From Corallococcus sp. Z5C101001 (GTDB lineage Bacteria > Myxococcota > Myxococcia > Myxococcales > Myxococcaceae), in the NCBI RefSeq assembly GCF_007352635.1, contig NZ_VKLU01000005.1, forward strand, positions 507,940 through 571,939: a stretch of DNA of 64,000 bases, in the 5' to 3' direction. Both the position numbers and the translations under genes were made by a program. The notes under the pieces were generated by a model, which was not told the origin of the DNA, searched no databases, and worked only from the letters and a program-made list of their open reading frames with translations. Positions 1-9,387 of the stretch are shown here, piece by piece; the first letter of the stretch is position 1, and each line of letters opens with the position of its first letter.

Positions 1-576
1 ATCCTCCCCGCCCCCGGAGAGCCGGAGGACTCCGGCCCCCACGCCCCGGGGCCGTATCAGGACCTGAGCTATGAAATCTCCACCGAGCTGGCGTCGTTCG
101 GGACGCTCAAGGCCGTCTGGAACTCGGGGACGCCGCAGCCGGACGACCGGGTGGGCCGGCCGTGCTTCGGCGCCTTCGCCCACCGCGACACGCCCTGTCT
201 GGACTGCCCGCTGACGGCGGCGGCGACCACCGCCTGGCCCCACACCATCGTGCGGCACGCGGACGCCGCCAGTGACGGCTACGAGGTCGTCACCGCCACC
301 CCGACCGGGGCCGGCACCGCGCGGATCACCGTGCACACGATTGGCGACGCCACGCTCACCGGCCTCTTCGAGGCGAAGGTGCGCAGGATGGCGCTCACCG
401 CGCGGCTCTCCGAGCGGGAGGGTGATGTCTTGCGTTACCTCGCGCTCGGCCGCTCCTCCACCGACATCGCCGCGGTGTTAGGCATTACCGAACGCACCGT
501 AAAATTCCATCAAGCCAATCTCTTGCGAAAGCTGGGAGCGGAGACGCGGTACGACCTGCTCCGCCTGTTCTTCTGA
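1..576 (+). CDS. LuxR-family (GerE-type HTH) transcriptional regulator, 5'-partial; runs off the left window edge
   Basis: The frame is open from nt 1 with no upstream stop. The C-terminus 'LSEREGDVLRYLALGRSSTDIAAVLGITERTVKFHQANLLRKLG' is a canonical LuxR/GerE helix-turn-helix. Stop codon at 574-576. Confidence 0.7.
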   Translation: MLPAPGEPEDSGPHAPGPYQDLSYEISTELASFGTLKAVWNSGTPQPDDRVGRPCFGAFAHRDTPCLDCPLTAAATTAWPHTIVRHADAASDGYEVVTATPTGAGTARITVHTIGDATLTGLFEAKVRRMALTARLSEREGDVLRYLALGRSSTDIAAVLGITERTVKFHQANLLRKLGAETRYDLLRLFF

Positions 577-714
577 TCAGGCCCCCTTCCCTGGGGGACA
601 GCATTCCCATTCCGAATCGCTTGCGCCATGCTGGCGTCTCGACTCGGGAGTCCTGCGGGTCGGGGGGGCCGTTGCCCATGGGCAGCGCCGGCATACTCCA
701 TCTCAAAGACAGAC

Positions 715-2922
715 ATGGCGCGCGAGCGTTCGCGCGGGGACGCGCCGCCCGTGGCTGAGACTCCGGGCTGGGATGAGGTGATGCGGGAGTTCCTGGTCGA
801 GTCCCGCGAGCACGTGCAGGGCATCGAGGCGACGGTGCTGGAGCTGGAGGCTCAGCCGGGTTCGCAGGCGCTGCTGGCGCAGCTCTTCCGCAGCCTCCAC
901 ACGGTCAAGGGCACCTGCGGCTTCCTGGGCTTCTCCCGCCTGGAGGCGCTGATGCACGCCGCGGAGGAGCTGCTCGGGCTGGCGCGCGACAGGCGCCTCA
1001 CGCTGGACCGGGAGCGCGTCTCCACGCTGCTGGCCATCGCGGACGCGGCGCGAGGGGCGCTGGAGCACATCGAGGCGACGGGGCTGGAGCCCGCGGTGGA
1101 CCACTCCGCGCTGTTCGCCCGGATGGCGGGCGCGACGGCGGCGTCCGCGCCCCTGGCGGCCTCCGAGCCCCTGACGCCACCGGGCACCCTGCCCTGGCGC
1201 GGCGCGGCCACCGGCATGGACTCCAAGCTGCGCGTGGACGTGGCGCTGCTGGACCGGCTGATGAACCTGATGGGCGAGCTGGTGCTGGCGCGCAACCGCA
1301 TCCTCCAGTGCGCCACGTCCCCCGCGCCGGGCGCGGAGCTGGTCACCGCGTCGCAGCGGCTGGACGTCGTCACGACCCAGGTCCAGCAGGTGGTGATGAA
1401 GACGCGGCTGCAGCCCGTGGGGCAGGTGTGGAACCGCTTCCCCCGGCTCGTGCGCGAGCTGGCGAACGGGTGCGGCAAGCAGGTGCGGCTCCAGTTGCAG
1501 GGCGCGGACACGGAGCTGGACAAGACGCTGGTGGAGGCGCTGCATGATCCGCTCACCCACCTGCTGCGCAACGCCGTGGACCACGGCGTGGAGACGCCCG
1601 AGCAGCGCCGCGAGCGCGGCAAGCCGCCCGTGGGGTGCGTGACGCTGCGGGCGTCGCACGAGGGCGGGCTCGTGCACCTGGGGATGTCCGACGACGGCGC
1701 GGGCATCGACGTGCAGCGCGTGCGTCAGGTCGCGGTGCAGCGGGGCCTGTTGACGGCGGAGCAGGCCGCGCGGCTGCCGGACGCGGACGCGCTGATGCTC
1801 ATCTTCATGCCCGGCTTCAGCACCGCCGAGCGCGTGACGTCGCTGTCCGGCCGGGGGGTGGGCATGGACGTGGTGCGCACGCAGGTGGAGCGCATTGGCG
1901 GCACCGTGGAGGTGCACAGCCGGCCCGGCCAGGGCACGACGTTCACCCTGAAGATCCCCCTCACGCTGGCCATCATCCCCGCGCTGCTCGTCACCTGCCG
2001 GGGGGACCGGTACGCGCTGCCACAGGCCAGCCTCCGCGAGGTGGTGTGGTTGGAGCCGGAGCAGGCCCGGCGCGACGTCACCCGCATCCAGGGCGCGTGC
2101 GTGCTCCGGCTCCGGGGGGAGCTGATGCCGTTGGTCGTCCTCGCCTCGGAGCTGGGCGTGGGGCCCGCCATGCCGGACCTGGACGAAGGCGTCACCGTCG
2201 TCGTGTTGCAGGCCGGGGAGCACTCCTTCGGGCTGTGGGTGGACGCCATCCACGACACCGAGGAGATCGTCGTCAAGCCGCTGTGGAAGCACTTGAAGGG
2301 GCTGGCCTGCTACGCGGGCGCGACGGTGCTGGGCGACGGGCGCGTGGCGCTCATCCTGGACGCGATGGGGCTGGGACGCCGCGCGGGCACCCTCGACGAG
2401 ACGCAGGCCCAGGTCGTCATCCCCGAGCCCGTCCCGGAGGTGGCGCCGCGGCCCGAGGCGCCGCGCGAGCGGGTGCTCCTGTGCCGCACCGGCGAGGAGG
2501 GCCGCGTGGCCATCCCGCTGTCGCGCGTGGCGCGGCTGGAGGAGCTGCCCGCCTCGGACGTGGAGCGCTTGAGCGGAGGCATGGAGATGGCGCGCTACCA
2601 CGGCCAGCTCCTCCCGCTGGTGCGCGTGGCCTCCGTGCTGGCGTCTCGACAGGGCGCGACGGAGACGCTCACCCAGGCGCTCCAGGCCGCGGCGGGCGCG
2701 TCCCTGTCCGTCGTCGTCACCTCTCACGCGGAGACGCGCGTGGGGCTGGTGGTGGACGCCATCCTCGACATCGCGGAGGTGGACTTCGCGCTCCAGCGCG
2801 AGACGCGGCGCCCGGGAGTGCTGGGCTCCATGGTGGTGCAGAGCCGGGCCACCGAATTCCTGGACGTGGAGGGCACCGTGCGCGCCGTGCACCCGGAGCT
2901 GCTGACGGGCGGTACGCCATGA
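715..2922 (+). CDS. cheA: CheA-type chemotaxis histidine kinase (Hpt-dimerization-HATPase-CheW-like domains)
   Basis: Hpt motif 'SLHTVKGTCGFLGF', HATPase N-box 'HDPLTHLLRNAVDHGVE', G-boxes 'GRGVGMDVV' and 'GQGTTF', and a C-terminal CheW-like domain. Start chosen at the ATG at 715 (MARERS...); alternatives are 628 or 781. Confidence 0.9.
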   Translation: MARERSRGDAPPVAETPGWDEVMREFLVESREHVQGIEATVLELEAQPGSQALLAQLFRSLHTVKGTCGFLGFSRLEALMHAAEELLGLARDRRLTLDRERVSTLLAIADAARGALEHIEATGLEPAVDHSALFARMAGATAASAPLAASEPLTPPGTLPWRGAATGMDSKLRVDVALLDRLMNLMGELVLARNRILQCATSPAPGAELVTASQRLDVVTTQVQQVVMKTRLQPVGQVWNRFPRLVRELANGCGKQVRLQLQGADTELDKTLVEALHDPLTHLLRNAVDHGVETPEQRRERGKPPVGCVTLRASHEGGLVHLGMSDDGAGIDVQRVRQVAVQRGLLTAEQAARLPDADALMLIFMPGFSTAERVTSLSGRGVGMDVVRTQVERIGGTVEVHSRPGQGTTFTLKIPLTLAIIPALLVTCRGDRYALPQASLREVVWLEPEQARRDVTRIQGACVLRLRGELMPLVVLASELGVGPAMPDLDEGVTVVVLQAGEHSFGLWVDAIHDTEEIVVKPLWKHLKGLACYAGATVLGDGRVALILDAMGLGRRAGTLDETQAQVVIPEPVPEVAPRPEAPRERVLLCRTGEEGRVAIPLSRVARLEELPASDVERLSGGMEMARYHGQLLPLVRVASVLASRQGATETLTQALQAAAGASLSVVVTSHAETRVGLVVDAILDIAEVDFALQRETRRPGVLGSMVVQSRATEFLDVEGTVRAVHPELLTGGTP

Positions 2923-3407
2923 GCGACCCGCGCCAGCTCTGCTCGTTCCTGGTGGGCGAGCACCTGTTCGGCCTGGACATCGAGCGGGTGCAGGAGATCC
3001 TCCTGCCGCCCCCGCTCACGCGCGTCCCTGGCGCCCCGCCGGAGGTGGCGGGCCTGCTCAACCTGCGCGGGCAGATCGTCCCCGCCATCGACCTGCGCCG
3101 CCGCCTGGACCTGCCGGAGGCCACGGCCCCCGCGGACGCGCCCCACGTGGTGCTTCGCGGTGACGACGGCGCGGTGAGCCTGCGCGTGGATGCCATTGGC
3201 GACATCCTCCCCTTCGTCGACGCGAAGCTGGCCCCGGTGCCAGACAACCTGCGCGGGCCCCTGCGCTCGCTGCTGTTGGGCGTCCACGCGCTTCCAGACC
3301 GGCTGTTGTTGGTGTTGTCCGCGGACGCGGTGGTGGACGGGCTGTCGCCCGCGTCCAACCCCGCCGCATCCCCTTCCCTTTCCGCGCTTCCCCAGGAGCC
3401 CCACTGA
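2919..3407 (+). CDS. cheW: CheW coupling protein
   Basis: 162 aa single CheW-like domain. Its ATG overlaps the cheA stop (ATGA at 2919-2922). Only the last 162 codons of track ORF 1635..3407 are credible. Confidence 0.85.
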   Translation: MSDPRQLCSFLVGEHLFGLDIERVQEILLPPPLTRVPGAPPEVAGLLNLRGQIVPAIDLRRRLDLPEATAPADAPHVVLRGDDGAVSLRVDAIGDILPFVDAKLAPVPDNLRGPLRSLLLGVHALPDRLLLVLSADAVVDGLSPASNPAASPSLSALPQEPH

Positions 3408-5509
3408 TGGCCCGCACCTCCGCGCCCACCGAGAAGACCAGCCTCTTCCACCGCCTGGGGGGCAAGGCCGCCCTGACGGCCGCCGTGCAGAAGCTCTACG
3501 CGCGCGTGATGACGGACACCCAGCTCACGCCCTACTTCCACCGCACGGACCTGGTCCCGCTGCAGCGCCAGATGGTCACCTACCTCACGCAGCTGCTGGG
3601 CGGGCCCGCGCTCTATCACGGCCGGTCGATGCGTGACGTGCACGCGAGGATGGACCTTCAGCCCCAGCACTTCGAGCGCGTCGCCGAACACCTGGCCCAT
3701 GTCCTGGACGACCTGGACGTGCCGGGCCCCCTCGCCCAGGAGGTCCTGGCGGCGGTGGGCGCGCTGCGGGACGACATCGTGAGCCCGTCCGCGCCCAAGT
3801 CCTCCTCCCCTCCCGCGACGCCTCAGGCTCCGGCGCGCTCGCCCCGGACCGCGGGACGGCGGATCGCCAAGGGCCCCTCCCGCGCGCCGCGCTCCTCCCG
3901 CCGCCGCGCGTCCATGTCCCTGGGGAGCGGCCTGGGCGAAGCGCTGCTGGACGCGGCGCGGGTCAACCTCTTCGTGCTGGACATGGACCTGGGCATCGTC
4001 TTCGCGAACGCGTCCGCCATGGAGGCCATCGAGCGCATCGAAGAGAGCGATGCGTTCCCAAGCCATGGCGCGGACGAAGCGGGCGGCGACTTCCTCTCCC
4101 GCTTCGAACACCAGCTGCGGCGCGAGGAGGGACGGCTGAACACGCCGTCGGCGCTGCCTCACGAGGCCGCCTTCTCCGTGGGCGCGCTCCAGCTCAAGGC
4201 CCGCGTGGACGGCATCCTGGACAAGGCGGGCGCGCTCACCGGCTACGTGGTGAACTGGACGGACGTCACGGAGAAGCAGCGCACGGACACGGAGATGGCG
4301 CGCCTGCGGGCCATGCTGGAGAACGCGCCCACGTGCGTGATGGTGGCGGACGTGGACCTGAGGATCGTCTACCTGAACCCGGCATCGCGCCGGTTGTTGC
4401 AGCGGGTGGAGAAGCACCTGCCGGTGACGGCGGACCGGGTGATCGGCTCGACCATCGACGTCTTCCACCGGGACGCGGCGTACCAGCGGAAGATCCTGGC
4501 CAACGACAAGAACCTGCCGGTGCGCGCGAACATCCCCATCGGGCCGGAGATCGCGGACCTGCTGGTGACGGCGGTGTACGACGGCCAGGGCCGCTACCTG
4601 GGGCCCATGGTGACCTGGGAGCTCATCACCGAGAAGCTCGCCGTGCAGCAGCGGGAGAAGGAGCTGGACACCACCCTGCGCGGCATCTTCCAGGAGGTGA
4701 CGCAGCACTCGCAGACGCTCGCGGCGTCGTCCCAGGAGCTGTCCAGCGTCAGCCAGCAGATGGTGAGCAACGCGCAGGAGACCGCGGCGCAGGCCACCCA
4801 GGTGTCCGCGGGCGCCGAGCAGGTCAGCCGCAACGTGCAGCGCGTCGCGTCCGGCATGGAGGAGGTCAACGCGAACATCCGGGAGGTGGCGCGCAACGCG
4901 AGCACCGCGGCCCGGGTGGCGTCCTCCGCCGTCAAGCTGGCGGACGGCACGTCCGTCGTCGTGGGCAAGCTGGGGACGAGCAGCCAGGAGATTGGCAAGG
5001 TCATCAAGGTCATCACCTCCATCGCGCAGCAGACCAACCTGCTGGCGCTCAACGCGACCATCGAGGCGGCGCGCGCGGGCGAGGCGGGTCGGGGCTTCGC
5101 GGTGGTGGCCAACGAGGTGAAGGAGCTGGCGCGCGAGACGGCCCGGGCCACGGAGGACATCGGGCTGAAGATTGGCAGCATCCAGGGGGACACCGAGGAG
5201 GTGGTCAACGCCATCCTGGAGATTGGCGCCACCATCGGCCGGATCAACGAGTTGCAGACCTCCATCGCGTCGTCCGTGGAGGAGCAGACGGCCACCGCGG
5301 GGGAGATCCTCCGCAACGTGGGAGAGGCGGCCAAGGGCAGCCAACAGATCTCCGAGAACATGGCCGCCGTGGCGGAGGCCGCGCGCAGCACCACCGAGGG
5401 CGCGGGCAGCACGCAGCGCTCGGCGGTGGAGCTGGCCCACATGGCGCAGTCACTGCAACGGCTGGTCATCCAGGTGGACACCACGGACAAGCAGAACCGG
5501 TCGAAGTAG
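3407..5509 (+). CDS. Cytoplasmic methyl-accepting chemotaxis protein: N-terminal truncated hemoglobin (2/2 Hb) domain + two PAS-like domains + MCP signalling domain
   Basis: N-terminus '[37 protein letters not shown]...[34 protein letters not shown]' matches the group-I truncated hemoglobin pattern (GG pairs, proximal His). Pro/Ser linker follows. PAS-like segments '[25 protein letters not shown]' and '[22 protein letters not shown]'. MCP signalling domain '[33 protein letters not shown]'. No transmembrane segment. The start overlaps the cheW stop (TGATG). Confidence 0.85.
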   Translation: MARTSAPTEKTSLFHRLGGKAALTAAVQKLYARVMTDTQLTPYFHRTDLVPLQRQMVTYLTQLLGGPALYHGRSMRDVHARMDLQPQHFERVAEHLAHVLDDLDVPGPLAQEVLAAVGALRDDIVSPSAPKSSSPPATPQAPARSPRTAGRRIAKGPSRAPRSSRRRASMSLGSGLGEALLDAARVNLFVLDMDLGIVFANASAMEAIERIEESDAFPSHGADEAGGDFLSRFEHQLRREEGRLNTPSALPHEAAFSVGALQLKARVDGILDKAGALTGYVVNWTDVTEKQRTDTEMARLRAMLENAPTCVMVADVDLRIVYLNPASRRLLQRVEKHLPVTADRVIGSTIDVFHRDAAYQRKILANDKNLPVRANIPIGPEIADLLVTAVYDGQGRYLGPMVTWELITEKLAVQQREKELDTTLRGIFQEVTQHSQTLAASSQELSSVSQQMVSNAQETAAQATQVSAGAEQVSRNVQRVASGMEEVNANIREVARNASTAARVASSAVKLADGTSVVVGKLGTSSQEIGKVIKVITSIAQQTNLLALNATIEAARAGEAGRGFAVVANEVKELARETARATEDIGLKIGSIQGDTEEVVNAILEIGATIGRINELQTSIASSVEEQTATAGEILRNVGEAAKGSQQISENMAAVAEAARSTTEGAGSTQRSAVELAHMAQSLQRLVIQVDTTDKQNRSK

Positions 5510-5539
5510 CGCGCGGTCAGGACTCGGGAGCCACGGCGC

Positions 5540-7063
5540 GTGAGAACCGGACTGATGCGATGGTGGGAGCTGGGCCGCGTCGCCCAGGCCTCCAAACGCC
5601 TGCGGCGCGCGTCCCGACCCCAGGACGTGGAGCCCGCGCGGCACGAGCTCGCCGAGCGATTGCTCGGGCTGCGCGGGCTGCCCCAGAAGGTGGGGCAGGT
5701 GCTCACGCTCTCCGAGCTGGGCACGGACACCCCGGGGTTCGGTTCGCTCGCGGAGGCGCCCTCCCCGCTCGCGCCCGAGGCCGCGCTGGAGGAGATCTCC
5801 CGCCGGCTGGGCAGGCCGTGGCGGGAGGTGTTCGCGACACTGGAGGGCGTGGGCATCACCGCGTCGCTGGGGCAGGTGCACCGGGGCGTGCTGCGGGACG
5901 GGCGTGCCGTGGCGGTGAAGCTGCGGCACCCGGGCATCGTGGACGCCGTGCGGGATGATCTGCGCGCGCTGGGGTGGCTGGCGGCGCCGCTGGGCGGCTG
6001 GCGCGGGAAGCTGGACCTGTCCGCCTACCGTCGCGAGCTGGCGGAGATGCTCCAGCGCGAGCTGGACTACCACCTTGAGGCCCAGGCCCTGCGGGACGCG
6101 AACGCGCGCCTGTCGGAGGTGCCGGGCGTCACCTCCCCGGTGCCGGTGGACGCGCTCGTGCGCGAGGACCTGCTGGTGATGAGCTGGGTGGAAGGCCAGC
6201 CGCTGGCGGAGGCCCGGCGCTGGAGCGACGCGGACCGCCGCGCGCTGGCCACGACGCTGGTGCGGCTGTTCCTCCACGGCTGCTTCACGTGGGGCGTGCT
6301 GCACGCGGATCCACACCCGGGCAACTACCGCGTGTCACGAGGCCCGGACGGACGGCCCGTGCTGGGGGTGCTCGACTTCGGCTGCGTGAAGCCGATTCAA
6401 CCCGAGCTGCCCCTGGGGCTGGGCCGGTTGATCGCGCTCCTCCGGGGACCCGCGCCGGAGGCCGACCATTTGCTATCCGCGTGGGTCACGCTGGGCTTCG
6501 CGCCAGAGCTGCTGGAGCCCATGGCGGAGGCGCTGCCCGCCATCAGCCAGGTGCTCCTGGAGCCCTTCCTCCAGGACCGCCCCTTCGAGGTCAGGAGCTG
6601 GCGGTTGGGGGCGCGGATCTCCGAAGCCCTGGGGCCCCACCGGTGGAACTTCCGAGCGGCAGGTTCCGCCTCGCACCTCTACGTCCTGCGCGCGTTCCAT
6701 GGGCTGGTGCGCCACCTGGAGGTGCTGGACGCGCCGCTCGCCTGGGGCCCCCTGCTGGACGAGGCGCGCGCCCCCTCGCTGCCGCCTCCGCTTCCACCGC
6801 CCGCTTCGCACCTCGAGGGGGCGGCCAGGTACCTGCGGGTGCGGGTGACGCAAGGGTGCCTCACGCGCGTGGCGCTGACCTTCCGCGCGGATGTGACGGC
6901 GCACCTGGAAGAGCTGTTGCCGGACGACCTGGCGCGAAGGCTCGCGGCGCGGGGCCTGGATCCAGCGGCCATCGGCGCGGCGGCGGTGGCCTCGGGGCTG
7001 CGGCCTTCGGAGCTGTTCCACCTGGACGAGGGCGACCGGCAAGTCCGGGTCTGGCTCGAGTGA
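5540..7063 (+). CDS. ABC1/UbiB-family atypical protein kinase (ADCK-like)
   Basis: Motifs 'LPQKVGQVLT' and 'GITASLGQVHRG...AVKLRHPG' are typical of ABC1/AarF kinases. GTG start at 5540; an ATG at 5555 is also possible. Confidence 0.75.
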   Translation: MRTGLMRWWELGRVAQASKRLRRASRPQDVEPARHELAERLLGLRGLPQKVGQVLTLSELGTDTPGFGSLAEAPSPLAPEAALEEISRRLGRPWREVFATLEGVGITASLGQVHRGVLRDGRAVAVKLRHPGIVDAVRDDLRALGWLAAPLGGWRGKLDLSAYRRELAEMLQRELDYHLEAQALRDANARLSEVPGVTSPVPVDALVREDLLVMSWVEGQPLAEARRWSDADRRALATTLVRLFLHGCFTWGVLHADPHPGNYRVSRGPDGRPVLGVLDFGCVKPIQPELPLGLGRLIALLRGPAPEADHLLSAWVTLGFAPELLEPMAEALPAISQVLLEPFLQDRPFEVRSWRLGARISEALGPHRWNFRAAGSASHLYVLRAFHGLVRHLEVLDAPLAWGPLLDEARAPSLPPPLPPPASHLEGAARYLRVRVTQGCLTRVALTFRADVTAHLEELLPDDLARRLAARGLDPAAIGAAAVASGLRPSELFHLDEGDRQVRVWLE

Positions 7064-7085
7064 ACGACGGACAAGGAGGTGGCGG

Positions 7086-7424
7086 ATGGTCACCATCGGC
7101 ATGAACTACGAAGTGCGAGAGGGCAAGGCGGAGGCCTTCGAGCGGAAGTTCGCGCTCGTGTTGGAGGCCATGCGAGCGCTGCCCGAGCACGCCAGGACGG
7201 AGCTGTTCCGGAGCGTGGAGGCTCCGGGCCGCTATCTCATCGTCTCCGAGTGGCACACCCGCGAGGGCTTCGACGCCTTCGTCACCTCGGAGGCCTTCCA
7301 CCGGGTGACGGACTGGGGCGCCAGCGCCATCCTCGCGAGCCGGCCCCGGCACGAGGTGTACGGCAACGCGGCCTCCAGTTCCCCCGCCGGGGGCCGCTGC
7401 CCGGTCGCGCACGCGGCCCGGTGA
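7086..7424 (+). CDS. Antibiotic-biosynthesis-monooxygenase (ABM)-like small protein
   Basis: 112 aa with a ferredoxin-like ABM pattern (EVREGKAEAFERKF...SEWHTREGFDAFVTSEAF). Strong RBS AAGGAGGTG at about 7071-7079. Confidence 0.65.
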   Translation: MVTIGMNYEVREGKAEAFERKFALVLEAMRALPEHARTELFRSVEAPGRYLIVSEWHTREGFDAFVTSEAFHRVTDWGASAILASRPRHEVYGNAASSSPAGGRCPVAHAAR

Positions 7425-7435
7425 AGAGGGGGCCC

Positions 7436-8500
7436 ATGAACGCCATCCGGGTCCTGGTGGTGGACGACGCGGCCGTGGTGCGGCGGCAGGTGTCCCTGCT
7501 GCTGGACGCGGATCCGGGCCTGGAGGTCGTCGCCACCGCGCCCAACGGCCGCATCGCGCTGACGAAGGTGGAGCAGTTCCAGCCGGACGTGGTGCTGCTG
7601 GACCTGGAGATGCCGGACCTGGACGGGCTGGAGACGCTCAAGCTGCTGCGACAGCGCGCGCCAGAGCTGCCGGTGGTGATGTTCAGCGCGCTCACCGAAC
7701 GCGCGGGCGTCCTCACCCTGGAGGCGCTCGCGCTGGGGGCGCGTGACTACGTGACGAAGCCCACCTCCGCCGGGGGCCTGCACGTCACCGTGGAGGCGGT
7801 GCGGGAAGAGCTGGTGCGCAAGCTCAAGGCGCTCCATGTGCGCGCGTCCCCCGCGCCCCCCGCGCAGGCCTCCGTCCCACGCGCGCCCCGGGCCCGCGCA
7901 CACGCGCCCTCGCGCGTGGAGGCCATCGTCATCGGCGCGTCCACCGGGGGCCCCGGCGCGCTGGTGCGCGTGGTGTCCGCGCTGCCCGCGGATCTGCCGG
8001 TGCCGGTGCTCATCGTGCAGCACATGCCGCCCCTCTTCACCCGGCTGCTCGCGGAGCGCCTGGAGGCCGCGAGCTCGCTGCGCGTGCGCGAGGCGGTGTC
8101 CGGAGCGTTCGTCCAGCCTGGCGCGGTGTGGGTCGCGCCGGGGGACTTCCACCTGGCCGTCCGCCGGGATGCGGCGGGAGTGCGGCTGCACACGCATCAG
8201 GGGCCCGCGGAGAACGCCTGCCGTCCGGCGGTGGACCTGCTCTTCCGCTCCGCGGCGGACGTGTACGGCCCGGGCGTGCTGGCGGTGGTGCTCACCGGCA
8301 TGGGGCAGGACGGCCTGCGCGGATGCCGCCGGGTGAGCGAGTCGGGCGGTCAGGTGGTGGTGCAGGACCAGGCCAGCTGCGTCATCGGCAGCATGCCGGG
8401 CGTGGTGGAGCAGGCGGGGCTCGCGGACGCCGTGGTGCCGCTGGACACCCTGGCCACGGAGTTGGTGCGGCGCGTGGAAGCACGCGGAAAGAGGACGTAG
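7436..8500 (+). CDS. cheB: CheB protein-glutamate methylesterase (receiver + methylesterase)
   Basis: Receiver 'IRVLVVDDAAVVRR...VVLLDLEMPDLDGLE...MFSAL' and esterase 'IVIGASTGGPGAL...LIVQHMPPLFT...GMGQDG'. The real start is internal to track ORF 7079..8500. Confidence 0.9.
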   Translation: MNAIRVLVVDDAAVVRRQVSLLLDADPGLEVVATAPNGRIALTKVEQFQPDVVLLDLEMPDLDGLETLKLLRQRAPELPVVMFSALTERAGVLTLEALALGARDYVTKPTSAGGLHVTVEAVREELVRKLKALHVRASPAPPAQASVPRAPRARAHAPSRVEAIVIGASTGGPGALVRVVSALPADLPVPVLIVQHMPPLFTRLLAERLEAASSLRVREAVSGAFVQPGAVWVAPGDFHLAVRRDAAGVRLHTHQGPAENACRPAVDLLFRSAADVYGPGVLAVVLTGMGQDGLRGCRRVSESGGQVVVQDQASCVIGSMPGVVEQAGLADAVVPLDTLATELVRRVEARGKRT

Positions 8501-8502
8501 TC

Positions 8503-9387
8503 ATGCCCCTGCTTCCCGAGGACTTCTCCTACCTGCGCCAGCGCGTGCTGCGAAGGTCCGGGTTGGTGCTGGAGTCCGACACGCACGCGCTGGTGGAGAC
8601 GCGGCTCACGCCGCTCATGCGCGAGGAGCGACTCCCCGACATCACCACCCTGGTGGCGCGGCTGCGCTCGCAGCCCGAGGGCAGCGCGCTCCACCAGCGG
8701 CTGGCCGAGGCCCTGGCCAACCACGAGACGGCCTTCTTCCGGGACGCGCCGGTGTTCGACGCCCTGCGCTCCACGGTGCTGCCCGCCCTGCTGGCCCGGC
8801 GCGGCCGGACGCGGACGCTGCGCATCTGGTGCGCGGCGTGCGCCTACGGGCAGGAGCCCTACAGCGTGGCGATGACGCTGGCGGAGGCGGGGCTGCTCAT
8901 CACCGGCTGGACGGTGCGCATCCTCGCGACCGACTTCTCCCTCCGCGCCCTCAGCCGCGCCAGCGAGGCCCGCTATGAAGCCCAGGAGCTCCACCGCGGC
9001 GTGACGCCCGTCCTGCGCCAGCGCTACTTCCACCAGGAGCGCGACGGGTGGCGGCTGAACGAACAGGTGCGCAAGCCGGTGGAGTTCCGCCCGCTCAACC
9101 TGATGGAGGACTTCCCACTGGAGGCGCCCGTGGACCTCGTGCTGCTTCGCAACGTGATGATCTACTGGGACGTACCCACGCGGCGCGCGGTGCTCGCCCG
9201 CGTGCGGCGGATGCTGCACGCCGACGGCTACCTGGTGCTGGGCGCCGCGGAGGCCGCGCCCCTGGTGGAGGACGGCTTCACGCGGCACCTCATCGGGCAG
9301 ACGAGCTGGTACCGCCCCGCGCCCCTCTCCACCGGCGCGCCCGTGGAGCACGGCTCGCGCACGCCCCACTCCAACGCTACACCTTGA
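8503..9387 (+). CDS. cheR: CheR protein-glutamate O-methyltransferase
   Basis: 'ETAFFRDAPVFDAL...RIWCAACAYGQEPYSVAMTL...LLRNVMIYWD' is the CheR SAM-methyltransferase signature. The start is 3 nt after the cheB stop. Confidence 0.9.
   Translation: MPLLPEDFSYLRQRVLRRSGLVLESDTHALVETRLTPLMREERLPDITTLVARLRSQPEGSALHQRLAEALANHETAFFRDAPVFDALRSTVLPALLARRGRTRTLRIWCAACAYGQEPYSVAMTLAEAGLLITGWTVRILATDFSLRALSRASEARYEAQELHRGVTPVLRQRYFHQERDGWRLNEQVRKPVEFRPLNLMEDFPLEAPVDLVLLRNVMIYWDVPTRRAVLARVRRMLHADGYLVLGAAEAAPLVEDGFTRHLIGQTSWYRPAPLSTGAPVEHGSRTPHSNATP

Noticed and set aside
703-2892. 729-aa minus-strand ORF opposite cheA; similarly 2717..5440 (-, 907 aa), 4594..5937 (-), 4333..5958 (+)
   Set aside because: Arg/Gly/His/Ala-rich low-complexity translations with no recognisable motifs. 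They lie entirely antisense or out of frame to genes with clear CheA, CheW and MCP signatures. Typical of 70% GC DNA.
1635-3407. 590-aa ORF (only its last 162 codons are cheW); likewise 8128..9387 (only 8503.. is cheR), 13348..15267 (only the last 295 codons are PhzF), 33906..36140 (only the last 216 codons), 42352..43794 (only the last 251 codons)
   Set aside because: The long N-terminal extensions run out of frame or antisense across neighbouring real genes and have junk composition. The homology-supported starts were used instead.
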